A program made the position numbers and the translations under genes. The notes under the pieces are model-generated. The model did no database searches. It saw nothing but the letters and a program-made list of their open reading frames with translations, and had not been told where the DNA came from. Shown here one piece after another: positions 23,207 through 27,470 of a stretch of 27,470 nt of DNA. Source of the stretch: Utricularia gibba (lineage: Eukaryota > Plantae > Magnoliophyta); contig NEEC01000140.1 of the NCBI GenBank assembly GCA_002189035.1, positions 1 to 27,470 on the forward strand, written 5' to 3'. Position 1 is the stretch's first letter; each line of letters begins with the position of its first letter.

Positions 23207-24650
23207 CTAGTAAGACAGTACCACATCTCCTACCATAGAAGGCATCAAGTGATATATCAAGCAATCCAATCCAAATCTATTCAATAGGCACCTCCAAGAA
23301 TCATTGACTAAAGACCATCCTAGAGTTTTTATTATTGTGTAGTCTCCTTTTGTCTCACTAATCAGAAATACTTGATCTTTTTGTGAAATATGTTGTTTAG
23401 TAAAAAAACCAACTCTATACTTCATTTGGTTGGGCAATGAGAATTCTGTTTTCTTACTCCCTTATATTCTTCATCTTCTTTATGAATCTCTCCTCCATTT
23501 CCTACAAAACGCAACAGGTAGCACCAGTGAACGGTGGGTTCCTTCCTACCCTTAAAAGAAGAAGCATTTTGATGTTACTTGCATAGTTTCATGGTATCTG
23601 AATACATGATCATTTTTCATCTTCTTCTCTAGAAAGTTGATGGCCTCTTGATCTTTTGACCAGATGAATGCTTACATAGAAAAAGCAATGACCAGCAGAA
23701 TCACACTTGGAAGGAGTGAGAGCCTTTTTGCTCATCAATGCCAAGGAGCATAGCAACTTTGTGGGCACATATACGAACATCCACACCAAACACTAAGAGG
23801 TCTCATGTGACCTAAGATTGGTCATGAATCCTGCATACAAGACTACCAAACAAGAATGAATAAATAATAAATAATACTTTTGATACAGAGATGAAAAACA
23901 TGTGAATGAACCGAACCACCAGAAAAATGATGAACAATTCGACATCTACCATCTTGCCACCACATCAACAGGTATTTCATGGCCATAAGGAAAACAGAAC
24001 TCCATTGCTTAATTACTCACTTGCTAAACAAGAATCCTTTCATTAGGTACAACCAAGAGACAAGCCAATGTGAATTACACACGAACGAAGAATGGCAAGA
24101 ATAGTTTTCTTACTATGAGGTTCCACAATCAATAAAATAACAACCAGAGAGAAGTCAAATGCTTCTGAAAAGCATCGGATTGAAGACATAAAAGGGTAGG
24201 TATACTACAATGAGCATATACGTCCTTCCAATGGCCAAAAAACCAAGGTACTTGATAATCCAAAACAACTAGGAAAGACTTGTCTAATCCAAAAGCTCAA
24301 CCGGTCAAAATTAAATGCAAGTAAGTATCTGAAGCTAGGTGAACACCCACAATCGAGGTGATTCAAGCACCCTTGATTGCCTTGAAAGCATATTCTGAAT
24401 AAGAAAAATGACATAAATCCAAATTGCACATGACATGCTCATCCCAGCCAAACTAAACCATCATCAATCAGCTGTATGCAAGAAGTTAACACAAGAAATC
24501 TGCCAAAGCCTTTTGTAGATGATTCAGTGACGTCACAATTATCCTTCTTGACTTGGTGGAGACGACCAAAGCTCCACTCAGCTCATCCTTGAAGCCTCTT
24601 CTAAGTTTCAACAGAAGTTGTGGGCAGGAAGAATGGAGTAGAGCCACAAA
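23207..24650 (-). pseudogene. Possible decayed multi-exon gene fragment, family unidentified
   Basis: Exon-like blocks with AG acceptors, for example 23830 onward reading IHDQS*VT*DLLVFGVDVRICAHKVAMLLGIDEQKGSHSFQ, and a block from ~24648 reading ICGSTPFFLPTTSVET*KRLQG*AEWSFGRLHQVKK. Both contain in-frame stops. No homolog recognised. Confidence 0.3.
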
Positions 24651-24877
24651 TCTGCCTCAACTGCTTTTTTAGTCGTCAATTAGAAAGCAAAAATGCAAAA
24701 GGCCGGTTTTTTAGTGGATAAAAAAATGAATCAATTAGACTAATCAAAAATCTGAAACTCATTGACCATTCAAAAGGATTAAATAGCATAGAGCTTCCAA
24801 TCATATGCAGCAAACATACAATAAACAATTTATATGGTCATTAAGAATGCCAAGTGGTGCAGTATATACCTCATAAG
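24651..24877 (-). pseudogene. Inverted duplicated fragment of a 14-3-3 gene (end of exon 3, intron 3, start of exon 4)
   Basis: The reverse complement aligns with 17117-17342. By hand, 97/120 identities with no gaps over the first 120 nt (CTTATGAG|GTATAT...), continuing to ATCCACT.AAAAACCGGC and GCAG.TGAGGCAGA. Confidence 0.92.
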
Positions 24878-26720
24878 TAGAACTGGGCATGGATACAGGT
24901 TGACCCGTGAGGGGTCTGATCTGTTACTCGTAACCATCGAAAATAGATATGGGATGGGTCAATGTACACCAATACAGGTCGACCTGATGGGTTAGCCAAA
25001 ATGGACCTATAGTGTAGTGTATTAAGAAGTGTTGGGCTGCTTAATTGTTGGACTTCAATCTATTTTATGTATATGATGTTACAAAGTCCCAATTCACAAG
25101 AATATAAATACATGGGCAGCTCATAACATGATTATGAAACGCTTGTACCCTTTTTGCTTAAATACAAGAAAATATTCAAACGCTTGTGTTGTTCATTGCG
25201 CATTTAGGAGCTGAATTCTGAATTTTTGAAGGCTGTCGGACAACAATTGGATCTGAATCTCTAGAACCCACATGCTTTGCGGTGTTTGAGACCTTCCAAA
25301 AGGTATGTGCGCAACTATCCAAAGAGAAATGGACGTGTGTATCTGCGGCTTATAGTTATTTATGTAAGGTTTGGGAGTGATTTGTTTCTCTCAATTGTGT
25401 TTCAGATAACTAAATATTGAAGAATCACATCAAAGTGTGATACGTTCACACGAACAACATCTCGAGTGTGATATTGAGGTGTCGAGCGATGGGGAAGATG
25501 TCTCTTTCACCTCAAAAAAACAAGATGCTTCATGCATCAATTGGCATGAACATTTCAATTGTGATAAGGAGGCCAAAAAGTATGTTATAAATATTGTGGA
25601 ATCGTGTATGACCATGGTAAACATGATTCAACTTCTAATTTCATTCGTCACATTAGAAATAAGCATATAAATGAGATATGTACTTCATTGAGACAACCTA
25701 CTATAAATTTTATGTGTGGTCATGTTTTGAGCTTTTCATTTGATCTTGATGCTACCCAAATTGATTATGTACTTACATTGATTGCTAGTGAAAAGCCTTT
25801 TGTAGAAGTAGAAAATCCAATTTTTAGAAATTTTTATTAATCTAGATTGCAACCTAGATTCGCTCCCATGTCTCGAAGAAAAGTAGTTAGAATTGCATTA
25901 AAACAATTCAAAAAAAAAATCACGTTTGATCTTTGATTTTCAATCTATGAAATGTAAATTTGGTTTGACTTGTGATGATTGACATGGTATTAATGGTGAG
26001 AATTATGTAGTTGTAATTGTTCATTGAATTGATTGCAAATGATTTATACAAAAGAGAATCTTTGGATTTAGACCTTTGGATTCTCCACACACGGGGGCAT
26101 AAATTGCTGAATTTGTTACTTCTATATGTATTGAATATGTAATTGTTGATCGTATATTTAATATACATCTTGATAATGCTCCAAATAATACTGTTGTGAC
26201 ATCCATATTGAAATCATCCATGAATATTATTTTAGGTTGGTGTTTATTTAGATCAAGATGCATTTGTCATATTTTTAATTTATATATACAAGATGCACTA
26301 AATGAAAATGATAATGAGGCTGTTTTGTCTAGCATGTGTGTAGGATAGTTTATCATATGAAGATGTTTAGCACAAAAAGAGTATCTTTTAAGCATCTATA
26401 TGAGTTAAAGGGTCTATCCTTTCGAACTCTAAAAAAAGATTTGTCAACACGATGGAATTCTATGTTTTCATGCTTCAATCTTTTATTCCTTATAGAGAAG
26501 TTATTCATTGTTTTTAACTACGCATACCGATCTAAATATTATGATTGATGATGATGTGTATGTTAAATTTGACATATTAGTTGACTTGCTTTTTATTTTT
26601 CATAAATACACTAGATTATTTAATGATGTTTACTATCCTATCACACATGTTGTGTTGTCTGCCTTGGTTTCCATAGTCTTTGATATTCTAGTAAACATGC
26701 TTGATTCTAGGGTGAAGTCA
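24878..26720 (+). mobile_element. Decayed hAT (Ac-like) DNA transposon with transposase relic
   Basis: Terminus TAGAACTGGGCATGG (24878) with GACCCG-type subterminal motifs. BED-finger relic YDHGKHDSTSNFIRHIRNKH (~25600-25667). Core motifs GLTCDD*, H*IDCK*FIQKRIFGF, SPHTG, LDNAPNN, RCICHIFNL and TRWNS. Many stops and frameshifts. No dimerisation domain or right TIR found, so the right boundary is approximate. Confidence 0.85.
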
Positions 26721-26813
26721 ACCGGTTTAAATTTGTTTTGTGATTATTTTACATTTCTTGGACTTCCTAATATTCGACCAGATGCAAAAAAAAATGTATA
26801 CCTTTGAATTATG

Positions 26814-26831
26814 TAAACCCTAAACCCTAAA
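26814..26831. repeat. Interstitial plant telomere-type repeat (TAAACCC)2TAAA
   Basis: TAAACCCTAAACCCTAAA read directly from the sequence. Confidence 0.7.
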
Positions 26832-27470
26832 TTTTAGATTTTTTACCCTAATCTGAATTATGTAAATCTATTAAGTTAATTTTTTTGAAAAATAATCTAA
26901 TAAAACAGAAGTTAAATCTTTATATTTCTTAAAAATGTAATACTATTCAAAAATTTTAGTATTAATAGAATAAAATTCAATTATATTTGAGAAAAAACTC
27001 TTCAAAATGTATCTTTATTAATATTTTGAATTTTTGGTTTTAAAAATACATTACATTCTTTTTCAATTTCCCTAAAATTTCTATTTTTAAATCTAATTCT
27101 AAATCTGAAATTTTCCATATTTCTAATATAGATGTGAATAGAATTAAAAAAAATCATGAAATTGAATAATAATATTTTGAAAAGTTTTTTTGGTAATAAA
27201 ATATTTGATTAAAATAAAAATAAAAGATATTTTGATGAGTCAAAATATCATGAGGCAACAAAACAACAGGCAATGTTAAAAAAAAACACGAGACAAGCAT
27301 TAAATGTCAAACCAAAGTCATTTTGATGAATAAAAAAAACAACAGGTATTTTAGAAAAAAAAATTCTAACACAGAGAATTCAACAAATTTCTGCAACATC
27401 AAGTACAGAGGTGCAGAAAGCTGAAATCAATATTTGAAAAAAAAACTTTAATCACAAAGGCTGAAATTAG

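Noticed and set aside
26695-26717. Possible right TIR of the hAT element (ACATGCTTGATTCTA)
   Set aside because: Only 10/15 match to the left end. The flank GGGTGAAG does not match the expected TSD CTCATAAG, and the transposase C-terminus is missing before it.

Overview
Eudicot plant nuclear DNA: AT-rich intergenic stretches and GT-AG introns. Seven protein-coding genes can be reconstructed by hand: an FMO1-related flavin monooxygenase (+, 5 exons), a DUF688 protein (-), an ALOG/LSH transcription factor (-), an ASIL/SIP1-type trihelix factor (-), an epsilon-group 14-3-3 (+, 6 exons), a HAD phosphatase fused to a degenerate riboflavin-kinase-like domain (+, 10 exons) and an X8/PDCB protein (-, 3 exons). 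Five of the seven carry 1-2 nt frameshifts (10 found), nearly all in G/C runs and with no in-frame stops once corrected. This looks like long-read consensus error rather than pseudogenisation. TE content: a complete 482-bp hAT-type MITE with a perfect 8-bp TSD, a decayed hAT transposase element, a ~60-bp minisatellite and small relics. The most notable unexplained items are an inverted ~80%-identical copy of 14-3-3 intron 3 abutting the hAT terminus, the pseudokinase state of the RFK-like domain, and crossed poly(A) signals in both tail-to-tail gene pairs. I found no convincing novel multi-gene system. All alignments and family assignments were made by eye, without database searches.
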